Counted from the stretch's first letter, positions 9,681 through 19,010 are shown. The stretch: DNA of 64,000 bases from Gammaproteobacteria bacterium (GCA_041687015.1 JAWLCT010000002.1:64073-128072); one strand, 5' to 3'. The notes: generated by a model from the sequence alone, not told the origin. Translations and numbers: made by a program.

Positions 9681-10955
9681 ATGCGTATTTTTGAACAATT
9701 GGAATCCGAGGTGCGAGGTTACGTTCGCGCCTTCCCGGCCATTTTCGACACCGCCAAAGGCTCGCTGCTGTTTGACGAAAACGGCAACCGTTACATCGAT
9801 TTCTTTGCCGGTGCCGGCACACTCAACTACGGTCACAACCACCCGGCCATCAGCGAAGCGCTAATCAACTACCTGCAGCACGACGGCATCGTGCACGGCC
9901 TGGACAAGGCAACGGTGGCCAAGAAGGCCTTCCTGCAGAAATTCCACGACACCATCCTTGCGCCGCGCAAGTTTGAGTACAAGGTGCAGTTTACCGGCCC
10001 CACCGGCACCAACGCCGTGGAAACGGCCCTCAAGCTGGCACGCATGGTGAAGCGCCGCTCCAACATCATCGCCTTTACCAATGGCTACCACGGCCTGACC
10101 ATGGGTTCGCTGGCCATTACGGGCAACAACTTCTATCGCGACGAATTCTTTGGCATGCGCTCGAACGCGGCAAGCATGCCCTATGACGGCTACTTCGGTC
10201 CGGATGTGGACACCATCGCCTATCTGCGTCGCTATCTGGAAGATGCCTCCAGTGGCGTGGACCTGCCGGCCGCGATCGTCCTGGAGACGGTGCAGGGCGA
10301 GGGCGGCGTGAACGTCGCCAGCGTGAAATGGTTACAGGACTTGGCGCAGCTGTGCCGCGAGTTCGACATTCTGTTGATCGTCGACGATATCCAGGTGGGC
10401 AACGGCCGTACCGGTCCGTTCTTCAGTTTCGAGCGCGCCGGCATCGTGCCCGACATGGTCACCCTGTCCAAGTCCATCGGCGGCGGCATGCCCCTGGCCA
10501 TGCTGCTCATGCGCCCCGAGTTGGACCAGTGGAAGCCGGGCGAACACACCGGCACCTTCCGCGGCAACAACCTGGCTTTCGTAGCAGCCACCGAGGCGCT
10601 GCGTTTCTGGGATGATGAAGGGCTCACCGAGGCGGTCAACTACAAGGGCGAGATCCTCAAGGATGCGCTCACCAAGCTGGCCGCTCGCTATCCGGAACTG
10701 GGTGCCACGGCCCGTGGCCTCGGCATGATCTGGGGCCTCGACCTCCCGCAGCGCGGCCTTGCCCGCGATGTGGCGCGCGAGGCCTTCCAGCGGGGACTGG
10801 TCATCGAGTTGGCCGGTGCGGAAGACAATGTCGTGAAATTCCTGCCCGCCCTCACCATCGAGGAAGAGTTGTTGCAGGAAGGTCTGGCGATCATCGACGC
10901 CTCATTGGCCGCCGTGCTTGAGCGCCGTGGCGATCGCATTCGAGGAGCAGCGTAA
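9681..10955 (+). CDS. ectB: Diaminobutyrate--2-oxoglutarate transaminase
   Basis: Starts MRIFEQLESEVRGYVRAFPAIF. Class-III aminotransferase motifs are present, including DDIQVGNGRTG and the PLP-Lys region TLSKSIGG. The upstream part of the 9426 ORF overlaps ectA and was discarded. Confidence 0.95.
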   Translation: MRIFEQLESEVRGYVRAFPAIFDTAKGSLLFDENGNRYIDFFAGAGTLNYGHNHPAISEALINYLQHDGIVHGLDKATVAKKAFLQKFHDTILAPRKFEYKVQFTGPTGTNAVETALKLARMVKRRSNIIAFTNGYHGLTMGSLAITGNNFYRDEFFGMRSNAASMPYDGYFGPDVDTIAYLRRYLEDASSGVDLPAAIVLETVQGEGGVNVASVKWLQDLAQLCREFDILLIVDDIQVGNGRTGPFFSFERAGIVPDMVTLSKSIGGGMPLAMLLMRPELDQWKPGEHTGTFRGNNLAFVAATEALRFWDDEGLTEAVNYKGEILKDALTKLAARYPELGATARGLGMIWGLDLPQRGLARDVAREAFQRGLVIELAGAEDNVVKFLPALTIEEELLQEGLAIIDASLAAVLERRGDRIRGAA

Positions 10956-11344
10956 TGATAGTAAGACACCTGAAGGACATTCTCGGTGGACCGCGTGACG
11001 TGCACGATCCCGAAGGGCATTGGACCAGCCGCCGGCTTCTGCTGCGTGACGAAGGCATGGGCTTTTCCATGCACGACACGCTGATCCATGCGGGCACAGA
11101 GACCCTGATTTGGTACAAGAACCACCTGGAAGGCGTGTATTGCGTGGGTGGTGAAGGCGAGATCGAAAACCTCGCCACCGGCGAGATCCACCCGATCACC
11201 GACGGCACCTTCTACGGCTTGAACCTGCACGACAAGCACCTGCTGCGTGCCCGCACCGAGCTGCGCCTCATCTGCACCTTCAACCCGCCTCTGCGCGGCG
11301 ACGAGGTGCATGATGCCGACGGGAGCTACCCGGCCTCCGCCTGA
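10955..11344 (+). CDS. ectC: L-ectoine synthase
   Basis: 129-aa cupin, MIVRHLKDILG...WYKNHLEGVYCVGGEGEIE...FNPPLRGDEVHD. The ATG overlaps the ectB stop (TAATG). Confidence 0.95.
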   Translation: MIVRHLKDILGGPRDVHDPEGHWTSRRLLLRDEGMGFSMHDTLIHAGTETLIWYKNHLEGVYCVGGEGEIENLATGEIHPITDGTFYGLNLHDKHLLRARTELRLICTFNPPLRGDEVHDADGSYPASA

Positions 11345-11351
11345 GCAGCAC

Positions 11352-11377
11352 GGCGGGCCTCACCATCGAGGCCCGCC
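11352..11377. terminator. Bidirectional hairpin between convergent ectC and the BNR-repeat protein gene
   Basis: Perfect 10-bp stem GGCGGGCCTC-ACCATC-GAGGCCCGCC, located 8 nt after the ectC stop. Confidence 0.6.
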
Positions 11378-11391
11378 GGCGGGCGCCGCCG

Positions 11392-13506
11392 CTAGTGCTT
11401 GCAGCGGTGGCGCAACCCCAAGGCCGTGAGTGCCATCAGCAACCCGAAGAGGTCGATGCTGCCGCCACCGCCGCCGCCATTGCCCGTAGCGCCTCTTGCT
11501 GCGGATACGTTGATGGTGACCGTGGCCACGTCCGTGCCCGAGGCACCTTCGCTGTTGACGCCACTGATGGCGTATCGGAAGCTGTCCGTGCCGGAAAAGC
11601 CCGAAGGCGGTGAATACCGCAACCGGTTACCTTCACGCGAAACCGTGCCCCCCTGGCCCGAGCGGCGATCGTAATCGTCGGTAAGGACAAGATTGCTGCC
11701 GGTATCATTCGCCAGCACATCAATCAGCACAGGCGTATTCACGCCCGTGGTGACAAAGTCATCAACCGCACAAGGGCAATCCAGCACCACGACGGTGCCT
11801 GAATCACCCACTGCCACGATGACGTCACCGGCGCGCGCCACACCACGCAGGGTGTTGCCCGTGACATTCAGCGGCGTCCAGTTCGAGCCATTGGCGCTGG
11901 TCAAGACCGTACCGTCCCTGCCTGCGGCGATGAAATTTCCGTTGGCGAAAGCAATGGCATACAAGTGACTGGACGTGTTTGCGTTGCGAACGGTCCAGGC
12001 GCCCCCGCTGGAGACAAGCACGCTACCTCGATCACCCACGGCGACGGCGATGCCGTTGCCTGCAGCGACGCCACGCAGATTGGCAGTGACAGGCGAGGCC
12101 TGCGCCTGCCAGCCGATACCGTCACCGCTCGCGAAAATCGCCCCGCCCTCACCGACTGCAACGAAACCGGCGCTGGTCGCCGCAACGGCATTGAGCCGTT
12201 CGCCACTGATCCCCGCCCCCCGTTGCCAGCTTGCGCCTTCCGTATCGCTGTAGAGCGCAACGCCATCACCGACGGCGACAAGACGTGCCATGCCGCTGGC
12301 AATACCGTACAAGGCGGCCGTGGTGCCACTTGTACCGCTGCTCCAGCTCGTACCGCCGTCGGTGCTGATGCGAACGGCGCCGCCATTGCCAATAGCGACG
12401 TAGCGGTTTCCATCGAAGACCACCGCATTCAGGGCGGGATTGCCGTTGCCGACCAAACCCACCTCACCGTCGGATGTGATGAATCGCCCGCCGGCACCCA
12501 CCGCAACGTAGGCTGAACCATTCAGCGCCACGCCGTTCATCTGCTGGCGCGGACCCGCGGTCCGCTCGGTCCACGCTGCGCCGTTCCGCTGCATGATGAT
12601 GCCGTGTTCACCTACTGCAATTCGATCGTCGCCATTGACCAGCACGGCCTCGAAGCCTTCCGAGGTAGTGGAGTCCACCGTCGAATAGCTGCCGGAAGCG
12701 CTGACGGTCCACATCGCGCCCTCGTAGCCCACCACGAGGAAAGCGTTGCCATCCCAGGTCACGTCAGTGAACTTCGGGTTGCCCGCGGGGGCCTGATAGA
12801 CGGTGGTCCATTGAACCCCGTCGGCGCTGGACAAGATGACGCCATTGCCCACGGCCAGATAGGTGCCGGCACCATCGTGTGCCACCCCCTCCAGCGAGGG
12901 GTGCCCACCGTTTGCAAACGCAAAGCGCGGACGTTCTGTCCAGGTCAAGCCGTCCCGACTGGTGAGGATGATGCCTTGTGAACCCACGGCGACGAACTGC
13001 CCGGCCGCGAACACCACATCGTTCAACCAGTCCCTGACAGGATCGAACGGCACCCGCTGCCAGGTCGTTCCACCGTTCACACTGCGCAGAATCGTGGCGC
13101 CGTCGCCCACCGCCACAATGACGCCGTTGCCTTCTGCGATGCCATAGAGGAAGTGGGCGCCTTCCCAACGCAGGGGACTCCAGTCGAGGCCATTCGCACT
13201 GGTGGTAATTTCGCCCTCGTTACCGACCGCGATGAAACGTCCGTGGGATTCGCTCCATAGCGCAGCCTGCAACCACGCTTCCGTTCCCGTATCAACCCGC
13301 TCCCAATCGGTTCCGTTCGTGCTAGTGACGACGGTGCCCATATTGCCCACCGCCACATACCGTCCGTTGCCGTGCACGACATCCGCAAGGATGTTTCCTT
13401 GTGGTAACGGATTTTGCCATTCCCAACTTGCAACGGCAGAGAATGAAAACAGGATCGACACGAGCAGTAACCAACGCAAGACAGCACCACGAACGTCCTT
13501 ATTCAT
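11392..13506 (-). CDS. Secreted BNR/Asp-box (Ycf48-like) multi-propeller protein with a cadherin-like domain and a GlyGly-CTERM-like anchor
   Basis: Signal peptide MNKDVRGAVLRWLLLVSILFSFSAVASW. About 13 repeats of the type AVGxxGxxxxSxDGGxxW. Ig/cadherin-like segment DDFVTTGVNTPVLIDVLANDT...FRYAI...ATVTINV. C-terminus GGGGGGSIDLFGLLMALTALGLRHRCKH. Confidence 0.8.
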   Translation of the reverse strand: MNKDVRGAVLRWLLLVSILFSFSAVASWEWQNPLPQGNILADVVHGNGRYVAVGNMGTVVTSTNGTDWERVDTGTEAWLQAALWSESHGRFIAVGNEGEITTSANGLDWSPLRWEGAHFLYGIAEGNGVIVAVGDGATILRSVNGGTTWQRVPFDPVRDWLNDVVFAAGQFVAVGSQGIILTSRDGLTWTERPRFAFANGGHPSLEGVAHDGAGTYLAVGNGVILSSADGVQWTTVYQAPAGNPKFTDVTWDGNAFLVVGYEGAMWTVSASGSYSTVDSTTSEGFEAVLVNGDDRIAVGEHGIIMQRNGAAWTERTAGPRQQMNGVALNGSAYVAVGAGGRFITSDGEVGLVGNGNPALNAVVFDGNRYVAIGNGGAVRISTDGGTSWSSGTSGTTAALYGIASGMARLVAVGDGVALYSDTEGASWQRGAGISGERLNAVAATSAGFVAVGEGGAIFASGDGIGWQAQASPVTANLRGVAAGNGIAVAVGDRGSVLVSSGGAWTVRNANTSSHLYAIAFANGNFIAAGRDGTVLTSANGSNWTPLNVTGNTLRGVARAGDVIVAVGDSGTVVVLDCPCAVDDFVTTGVNTPVLIDVLANDTGSNLVLTDDYDRRSGQGGTVSREGNRLRYSPPSGFSGTDSFRYAISGVNSEGASGTDVATVTINVSAARGATGNGGGGGGSIDLFGLLMALTALGLRHRCKH

Positions 13507-13677
13507 CGTGCATATCCTCGGCAGATTGTTGGCGATGCGCTCACAAGGTTGCGCATCGGGCCCCAAGTATAGGAGTGCCGAAATCGTGGTCGTGGTGAAG
13601 GATTTCTAAAGGAAGGAGGCGTGCGCAACGCGCTGGCAATGCTGGGCGGCTACGCGGTTGCGTGAAATTTGAAGGGT

Positions 13678-14334
13678 TTAGCGTTGAATGAGGCCGTGCT
13701 CGAAGGCAAACGCTGTGAGGGCGGTTGCGTTGTGCAGCGACAATTTTTTCATCAAATTTGCGCGGTGTTTCTCAACGGTTTTGGTACTCAGGCACATCAC
13801 TTCGGCGATCTCCCGGTTGCGATAACCTTCCGCCACCAGTTTGATGACTTCACGTTCGCGATGGGTAAGCCGGTCGAAGGGACTGCGCGCCGACGGCTTG
13901 GCGCCGCCCTGGAGATAACCGCGCACCACGCTGCCGCAAATGCTCGGACTGAGGAAGATGTCGCCGGTCAGTACGCTGCGCATCGCCACCAGCAGTTCGC
14001 TGTGGCTGTCGTCCTTGAGTACATAGGCTTCGGCGCCCGCTTCCAGGGCCGCGTGCACGTACTCATCCACTTTGTGGGCGGTGAGTACGACCACGCGGAT
14101 TTCCGGGAAACGCCGCTTGATGTTGCGGATCGCCTCGGTGCCATTGCTACCGGGCATGGACAAATCCATGATCACGACATCGGGCCGCTGCTCGACGCAT
14201 TGGTGCAGGGCATCGATGCCGTTGTCCACTTCCGCAATAACCTCGATATTCCCTTCCGAGGCAAGCAGGGCCCGCAGTCCTTCGCGAAGGATCTTGTGAT
14301 CTTCCGCGATGAGCACCCTGCACTTCTGAATCAT
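13678..14334 (-). CDS. NarL/FixJ (LuxR-type) response regulator, no adjacent kinase
   Basis: REC domain (VLIAEDHKILREGL...DVVIMDLSMPG) plus LuxR HTH (LTHREREVIKLVAEGYRNREIAEVMCLSTKTVEKHRANLMKKL). Confidence 0.85.
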   Translation of the reverse strand: MIQKCRVLIAEDHKILREGLRALLASEGNIEVIAEVDNGIDALHQCVEQRPDVVIMDLSMPGSNGTEAIRNIKRRFPEIRVVVLTAHKVDEYVHAALEAGAEAYVLKDDSHSELLVAMRSVLTGDIFLSPSICGSVVRGYLQGGAKPSARSPFDRLTHREREVIKLVAEGYRNREIAEVMCLSTKTVEKHRANLMKKLSLHNATALTAFAFEHGLIQR

Positions 14335-14635
14335 CAATGACCGTCCTTGGTCCATGCCTCGTCCCTGAATCGTTCACCCGCGCCGTTTCCGGTTTGTTTG
14401 AACGATGGCTTCAGTGTAGCAAAGGGTTTTTTTTGCGCAGGCTGGGCCGAAAATTTCTTGCGGTGGGTTCATCATCGCGGCCATATGCCCCCAGCGGCTG
14501 TACATCAGCACAGGAATTTACACACACTGCGCTGTCCGGTGGCGGGTTGCTGCAGAATGTTCGCGCAGCCGCCATGATTCATTGAGTCACTGCGCGGCAG
14601 GCCCGATTGTCACGGTTCCGCGCGAAAGGATTGCA

Positions 14636-15145
14636 ATGCGTGTGCTATTGCTGGCGGATACCCACGGTGTGCTCGACCCGCGCATCGCCGCACTTTCCCG
14701 GGGCTGTGATTACGCGCTGCATGCCGGGGATATAGGCTCGGCAGCGGTGCTCACGGACTTACAGCCGCGGCATGCCGTGGTGGCGGTGTGCGGCAATAAC
14801 GACACCCCCGGCCAGTGGCCCTCCGGCGATCTGGACGTGCTGAGCGCGTTGCCGGAGCGTGCACGGCTTGAATTGCCCGGTGGTGCGATCACGGTGGTGC
14901 ACGGTCATCGTGCAGGCCCGGTGGCACGACGCCACGACAGGCTGCGTGCAGACGATGGGGACTGCCGCCTGATCGTGTATGGCCACAGTCATCGTATGGT
15001 GATTGACACGGGCACTCAGCCCTGGGTGATCAACCCGGGCGCAGCAGGACGCTCGCGCACGTTCGGGGGCCCATCCTGCGTGTTGCTTACGGCACGCAGT
15101 GTCGGGTGGTCGGTAGAAGCGCGGCGGTTTTCGCCACAACGCTGA
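14636..15145 (+). CDS. YfcE/MJ0936-type metallophosphoesterase
   Basis: Motifs MRVLLLADTHG, HAGDIG, CGNND, VVHGH, GHSH. AAAGGA RBS upstream of the ATG at 14636. Confidence 0.8.
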   Translation: MRVLLLADTHGVLDPRIAALSRGCDYALHAGDIGSAAVLTDLQPRHAVVAVCGNNDTPGQWPSGDLDVLSALPERARLELPGGAITVVHGHRAGPVARRHDRLRADDGDCRLIVYGHSHRMVIDTGTQPWVINPGAAGRSRTFGGPSCVLLTARSVGWSVEARRFSPQR

Positions 15146-15153
15146 TCCGCTGC

Positions 15154-15600
15154 TCAATGCGCCGCTTCGCTCGGGCGACCGTCTTCCCGACGTACGATGT
15201 CGTAAGCAAACTTGGCCAGTGCACCGGCGAGGAATTGGGGTTCCAGGCGGGTCTCGGTGGGTTCGCCACTCCATTCCGGCGCGGTGTGCGGAGCGAACTC
15301 AGCGGAGGGATCCTCACCATAGCGCAAGCGGGCCAGCAGTTTTTCAGTAGGCGCCGCCAGCACGCTCTCCACGGCGCCGGGACTGATGCCCAGAAAATCC
15401 GCGATCTCCGCCACGTCGCGATGCGCTTCGTCGCGCAGCACCAGAACATAGGCGGACTCCACCAGCGCCGGCAGGATCGCCTGCTCGCCGTGATGCACCA
15501 TGGCCGCCGCACCACCCAGCGCCTCGACGGCATGCAGCACAACACGTCGTGCGCGAGCATCCATGTCCTTTGACACATCGATGGGTGTGGATTCATTCAT
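15154..15600 (-). CDS. Hypothetical protein, translationally coupled to the upstream cupredoxin gene
   Basis: 148-aa ORF whose ATG overlaps the cupredoxin stop (ATGAATGA). It has an HTH-like stretch DVAEIADFLGISPGAVESVL and belongs to no recognisable family. Confidence 0.5.
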   Translation of the reverse strand: MNESTPIDVSKDMDARARRVVLHAVEALGGAAAMVHHGEQAILPALVESAYVLVLRDEAHRDVAEIADFLGISPGAVESVLAAPTEKLLARLRYGEDPSAEFAPHTAPEWSGEPTETRLEPQFLAGALAKFAYDIVRREDGRPSEAAH

Positions 15601-16066
15601 GGGCGATTCCTCCTCCCTCTGCCGGTAACGTCAGGGAAGCGCTCGCCGGTTCGCCAACGACAAGTCGGCCGGCCATGCCCGCCTCCCGGTGACCCGGCGT
15701 GCTGCAGAAGTAATCGAAGCGACCGATGTGGGTGGCACGAAAAACCACTTCGGTCTCCGCACCGGCGTGTGCAAGCGGGGCCGAACGCACGTTCAGCGCG
15801 GGAATGACCAGGTCGTGGCGATCACCGTCGCCATTGACCAGCACGACACGCACCACGGCACCGCGCCGCACGGTCAGCGTCGGATTGATCACCTCGGCCA
15901 CAGTGTGATCTACACCGGCATACCACCATCGCCCCGCAGCCCCGTCCGTACGTAAGGTCACGTCGAGGTCGGGCGTCACGACCACGACGCCCGGAGGTGT
16001 TTCGGCGAGGACCAGGCCCGTTGCCAGCATCATTGCCGCTCCTGCGCGCCACGGCCCCCGTTGCAT
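15593..16066 (-). CDS. Type-1 copper (cupredoxin, plastocyanin/amicyanin-like) protein
   Basis: Signal-like N-terminus MQRGPWRAGAAMMLATGLVLA. Copper ligand pattern DRHDLVIP ... FCSTPGHREAGMAG (His, Cys, His, Met). GGAGGAC RBS before the ATG at 16066. Confidence 0.75.
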   Translation of the reverse strand: MQRGPWRAGAAMMLATGLVLAETPPGVVVVTPDLDVTLRTDGAAGRWWYAGVDHTVAEVINPTLTVRRGAVVRVVLVNGDGDRHDLVIPALNVRSAPLAHAGAETEVVFRATHIGRFDYFCSTPGHREAGMAGRLVVGEPASASLTLPAEGGGIAHE

Positions 16067-16264
16067 GACGGTCCTCCGCACCCACTTATCCACACGACTA
16101 GTTGCAAAACCAGCCCCGGTCAATGGCGCTTCGCGCGCGGCAAAACGGGCCAAGCCACGCCACGGTCGCGTGCAAGGCACAGTGACTACTTGCCTCGCCG
16201 GCGGACCGGCCTTTACTGGTGGTTAAGGACCACCGCGTGAGTGATCCCTTGCAGGAGGTGCGGC

Positions 16265-16609
16265 ATGCGGAAAGGGCTTTGGCAGGATTGGGTGAACCTG
16301 GTGCTCGGCGTGTGGTTGTTCGTTGCGCCCTTCTTCGGGATCGGCGCACTCAACGAGGCGGCTGTCTGGAATTCCTATCTGGCCGGCATTGCCGTCGTGG
16401 TATTCGCCTGGGCGTCGCTGGCGAAACCGCAGCGCTGGAAGGAATGGGCCAACCTGATCATCGGCGTGTGGCTCATCATCGCGCCGTTCGCGTTGGGCTA
16501 TACCGATCAGCCCCTCGCCATGTGGAATCACATCGTCATCGGTCTGCTGGTGGGCGCAGACGCGCTCTGGGCCATGAACAACCCGGTGTTCGCACGCAAG
16601 CACGCCTAG
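16265..16609 (+). CDS. SPW-repeat-like small membrane protein
   Basis: Two repeats of W-x-(D/E)-W-x-N-L-(V/I)-x-G-V-W-L-(F/I)-(V/I)-A-P-F in a 114-aa hydrophobic protein. AGGAGG RBS upstream of the ATG at 16265. Confidence 0.65.
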   Translation: MRKGLWQDWVNLVLGVWLFVAPFFGIGALNEAAVWNSYLAGIAVVVFAWASLAKPQRWKEWANLIIGVWLIIAPFALGYTDQPLAMWNHIVIGLLVGADALWAMNNPVFARKHA

Positions 16610-16641
16610 GGCTGCGATCGACACCACCGCCGGCGCGCGCC

Positions 16642-18183
16642 GTGTATTTGTCCGAACTGGCCGACACCTCGGCACGGGTCGGGGCGCTTCCGTCGCGGAA
16701 CGCAAAGGTTCAAACCCTTGCCGGGGCCCTGCGTCGCCTGGAAAAGCGGGAGGCGGGCATCGGGGTGGCCTATCTGTCCGGGCGCCTGCCGCAGGGACGT
16801 GTTGGCGTCGGCCCGGCACTGGTGCGCCAGCTGCTCGAAAGCAGTTCGCCGGCGAAGGGTACCGCACTCACGCTGCCGGACGTAGATGCGGTCTTCGAGA
16901 AGATCGCAGCCGACCGCGAGGGCGGGGCCGCCAGGCGCCGCCTGCTCGCCCGCCTGTTCGCACGCGCCACCGACGCGGAACGCGGATTTCTCGCGCGCCT
17001 GCTTACCGGGGAATTGCGTCAGGGCGCACTCGAGGGATTGATGATCGAGGCCGTCGCGGAAGCCACACATCTGGAAGCGGCATCACTGCGACGCGCCGCG
17101 ATGCTGGCGGGCGATGCCGTTACCGTCGCTGAGTCTGCACTCGCGCAAGGGCCCGCGGGGCTTGCGCGATTCCACCTGCAACTGTTCGTTCCCGTGCGAC
17201 CCATGCTTGCATTGCCGAGCCCCGGCATCGGGGCTGCACTGAAGCAACTGGGCCCCGCCGCCTTCGAGTACAAACTGGACGGTGCACGCATCCAGGTCCA
17301 CAAGGACGGCGAGACCGTTCGCGTTTACTCGAGACGCGGGCACGAGGTGACCGACCGGGTTCCCGAGGTGGTGGCAGCCGCCGCGGCCATGCCGGCACGC
17401 ACGTTAGTACTCGATGGCGAGGCCGTGGCCCTGCAGCCGGATGGACGGCCGCAACCGTTTCAGGTGACCCTGCGCCGGTTCGCGCGTCGCCTCGATGTGG
17501 ATCGGCTGCGCCGACAAGTGCCGCTGGCGCCGTTCTTCTTCGACTGCCTGCACATGGAGGACGAAGACCTCATCGACCGCCCTGCCCACGAGCGCTTTGC
17601 GGCGCTGGCGGAGGCCACGGGCGGCATGGCGTTGGTGCCGCGGCGCATCACGGCGCAGGGGGTTGCGGCGCATGACTTTCTGGAAGAGGCCATGGCACAC
17701 GGTCACGAGGGCCTCATGGCCAAGGCCCTGGACGGCCGCTACGAGGCGGGTCAGCGTGGCTCCAGCTGGCTGAAGCTCAAACCCTTCCACACCCTGGACC
17801 TGGTCGTGCTCGCCGCCGAGTGGGGCCATGGGCGCCGCGCCGGCTGGCTCAGCAACCTGCACCTGGGCGCACGCAACGCAGCGGGGGAGATCGTGATGCT
17901 CGGCAAAACCTTCAAGGGACTCACTGACGCCACCCTGGCCTGGCAAACGCGCCAGTTGCTCGCCAGGGAAGTGGCGCGCGATGCCTGGACCGTTTACGTG
18001 CGCCCGGAACTGGTGGTGGAGATCGCCTTTGGTGACGTACAGGACAGTCCACGCTACCCCGCGGGCCTGGCGCTGCGCTTTGCACGGGTGAAACGCTATC
18101 GTCCCGACAAGACCGCCGCCGAGGCCAATACCCTGCAAGACGTGCAGGCCATCCATGCCCGCCTCGGTCGGGCAGAACGGTAG
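16642..18183 (+). CDS. ATP-dependent DNA ligase (LigB/Cdc9-like, about 514 aa)
   Basis: Adenylation Lys motif EYKLDGARIQVH, plus LDGEAV, EGLMAK, SSWLKLK and an OB-fold C-terminus. The GTG at 16642 lies just past the SPW gene stop. The earlier part of the 16219 ORF overlaps the SPW gene in another frame. Confidence 0.82.
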   Translation: MYLSELADTSARVGALPSRNAKVQTLAGALRRLEKREAGIGVAYLSGRLPQGRVGVGPALVRQLLESSSPAKGTALTLPDVDAVFEKIAADREGGAARRRLLARLFARATDAERGFLARLLTGELRQGALEGLMIEAVAEATHLEAASLRRAAMLAGDAVTVAESALAQGPAGLARFHLQLFVPVRPMLALPSPGIGAALKQLGPAAFEYKLDGARIQVHKDGETVRVYSRRGHEVTDRVPEVVAAAAAMPARTLVLDGEAVALQPDGRPQPFQVTLRRFARRLDVDRLRRQVPLAPFFFDCLHMEDEDLIDRPAHERFAALAEATGGMALVPRRITAQGVAAHDFLEEAMAHGHEGLMAKALDGRYEAGQRGSSWLKLKPFHTLDLVVLAAEWGHGRRAGWLSNLHLGARNAAGEIVMLGKTFKGLTDATLAWQTRQLLAREVARDAWTVYVRPELVVEIAFGDVQDSPRYPAGLALRFARVKRYRPDKTAAEANTLQDVQAIHARLGRAER

Positions 18184-18200
18184 TCTGCCCGGGTGGTCAT

Positions 18201-18761
18201 TCAAGCCAACTGGCGCCGGATCAGGGTCTTGTTTTGCGAGAACGGCGGTTTGCGCGGATCGCCCAGGTCCACCGCGAGATGACCGCCTGCGAGTTGCAGA
18301 CCATGCCCGTGCGCGAACACCTGCAGACGATCAAGGGCCTCCTGAACCTGGTCCATGGCGCCGGTGTGCAGCGTCTGCAGGGCAGGCGCTTCGGGCAGTT
18401 GCCGCAACGCGATGCCCTGTGCGGCAGCATCGGTGAGCGAAGCCTGTGCGGCAGTGAAGAGCGCGGCATCGACCACCGGCGGCTGGAAAAGAAGCACTGT
18501 CCAGCGCGCCTCACCATGCCACTGAACCTCCAGGGGCATGACCCGGAAATCGAGCGCCATGGGCCCGTGCTTCAGCGTCAGGCGCAGCGCCTTTGCCAGG
18601 GCGCGCACGGTCGCTGCGGCACGGGTGAACGCGGCCGAACCCAGCGCACCTTCACCGTCCAGGGCCAGACAGCGTCGCGGCGGCACGACGATGCGCGCCA
18701 CGCCGTCCCGGGGCGGCGCGTACGCCTCCCGGAACACCTGGCGGTAATCGATACGGTCCAC
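18201..18761 (-). CDS. GyrI-like small-molecule-binding domain protein
   Basis: 186 aa. The start YRQVFREAYAPPRDGVARIVVPPRRCLALDGEG and the overall length resemble GyrI-like/SOUL-type proteins. This is a family-level call only. Confidence 0.55.
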   Translation of the reverse strand: MDRIDYRQVFREAYAPPRDGVARIVVPPRRCLALDGEGALGSAAFTRAAATVRALAKALRLTLKHGPMALDFRVMPLEVQWHGEARWTVLLFQPPVVDAALFTAAQASLTDAAAQGIALRQLPEAPALQTLHTGAMDQVQEALDRLQVFAHGHGLQLAGGHLAVDLGDPRKPPFSQNKTLIRRQLA

Positions 18762-18785
18762 GCGGACAGGCTTACGCGGAACGGC

Positions 18786-19010
18786 TTACTGCGCTTGCGC
18801 CTTGAGCAGCATGGCCTTGCCCGCGGCCTTGGCGGCCACGAACTGGGTGAACTCGATGGGGTTGTCATAACCCATCTTCAGGGCATACTGCGCCAGCGCG
18901 TCGACCAACTGGCGAGTCTCCGCGATTTCCTCGTGGCTGCGTCCGCAACCCTGGCAGTGGGTGCCGTCCTGGGTGCAGTTGTCGCCGCCGCGGCAGGGGC
19001 TGAATTGCAT
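18786..19010 (-). CDS. Small Cys-rich protein (DUF1289-like)
   Basis: 74 aa. SPCRGGDNCTQDGTHCQGCGRSHEEI resembles the DUF1289 SPC..C......C.GC.R...EI pattern. Confidence 0.45.
   Translation of the reverse strand: MQFSPCRGGDNCTQDGTHCQGCGRSHEEIAETRQLVDALAQYALKMGYDNPIEFTQFVAAKAAGKAMLLKAQAQ

Noticed and set aside
8596-11344. The ectR-ectABC locus as a possible novelty.
   Set aside because: The gene order, sizes and motifs are canonical for ectoine biosynthesis. The only observation is that ectD and ask_ect are absent from the window, which is common.
11440-11480. The Gly-run coding region (GGGGGG) as a possible slipped-strand phase-variation tract.
   Set aside because: The DNA uses mixed GGC/GGT/GGA-type codons rather than a homopolymer or a perfect short tandem repeat. 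It is better explained as the GlyGly-CTERM motif.
16219-16641. N-terminal 141-codon extension of the DNA ligase ORF.
   Set aside because: It overlaps the SPW-repeat gene in another frame. Ligase similarity begins only after about 16642.
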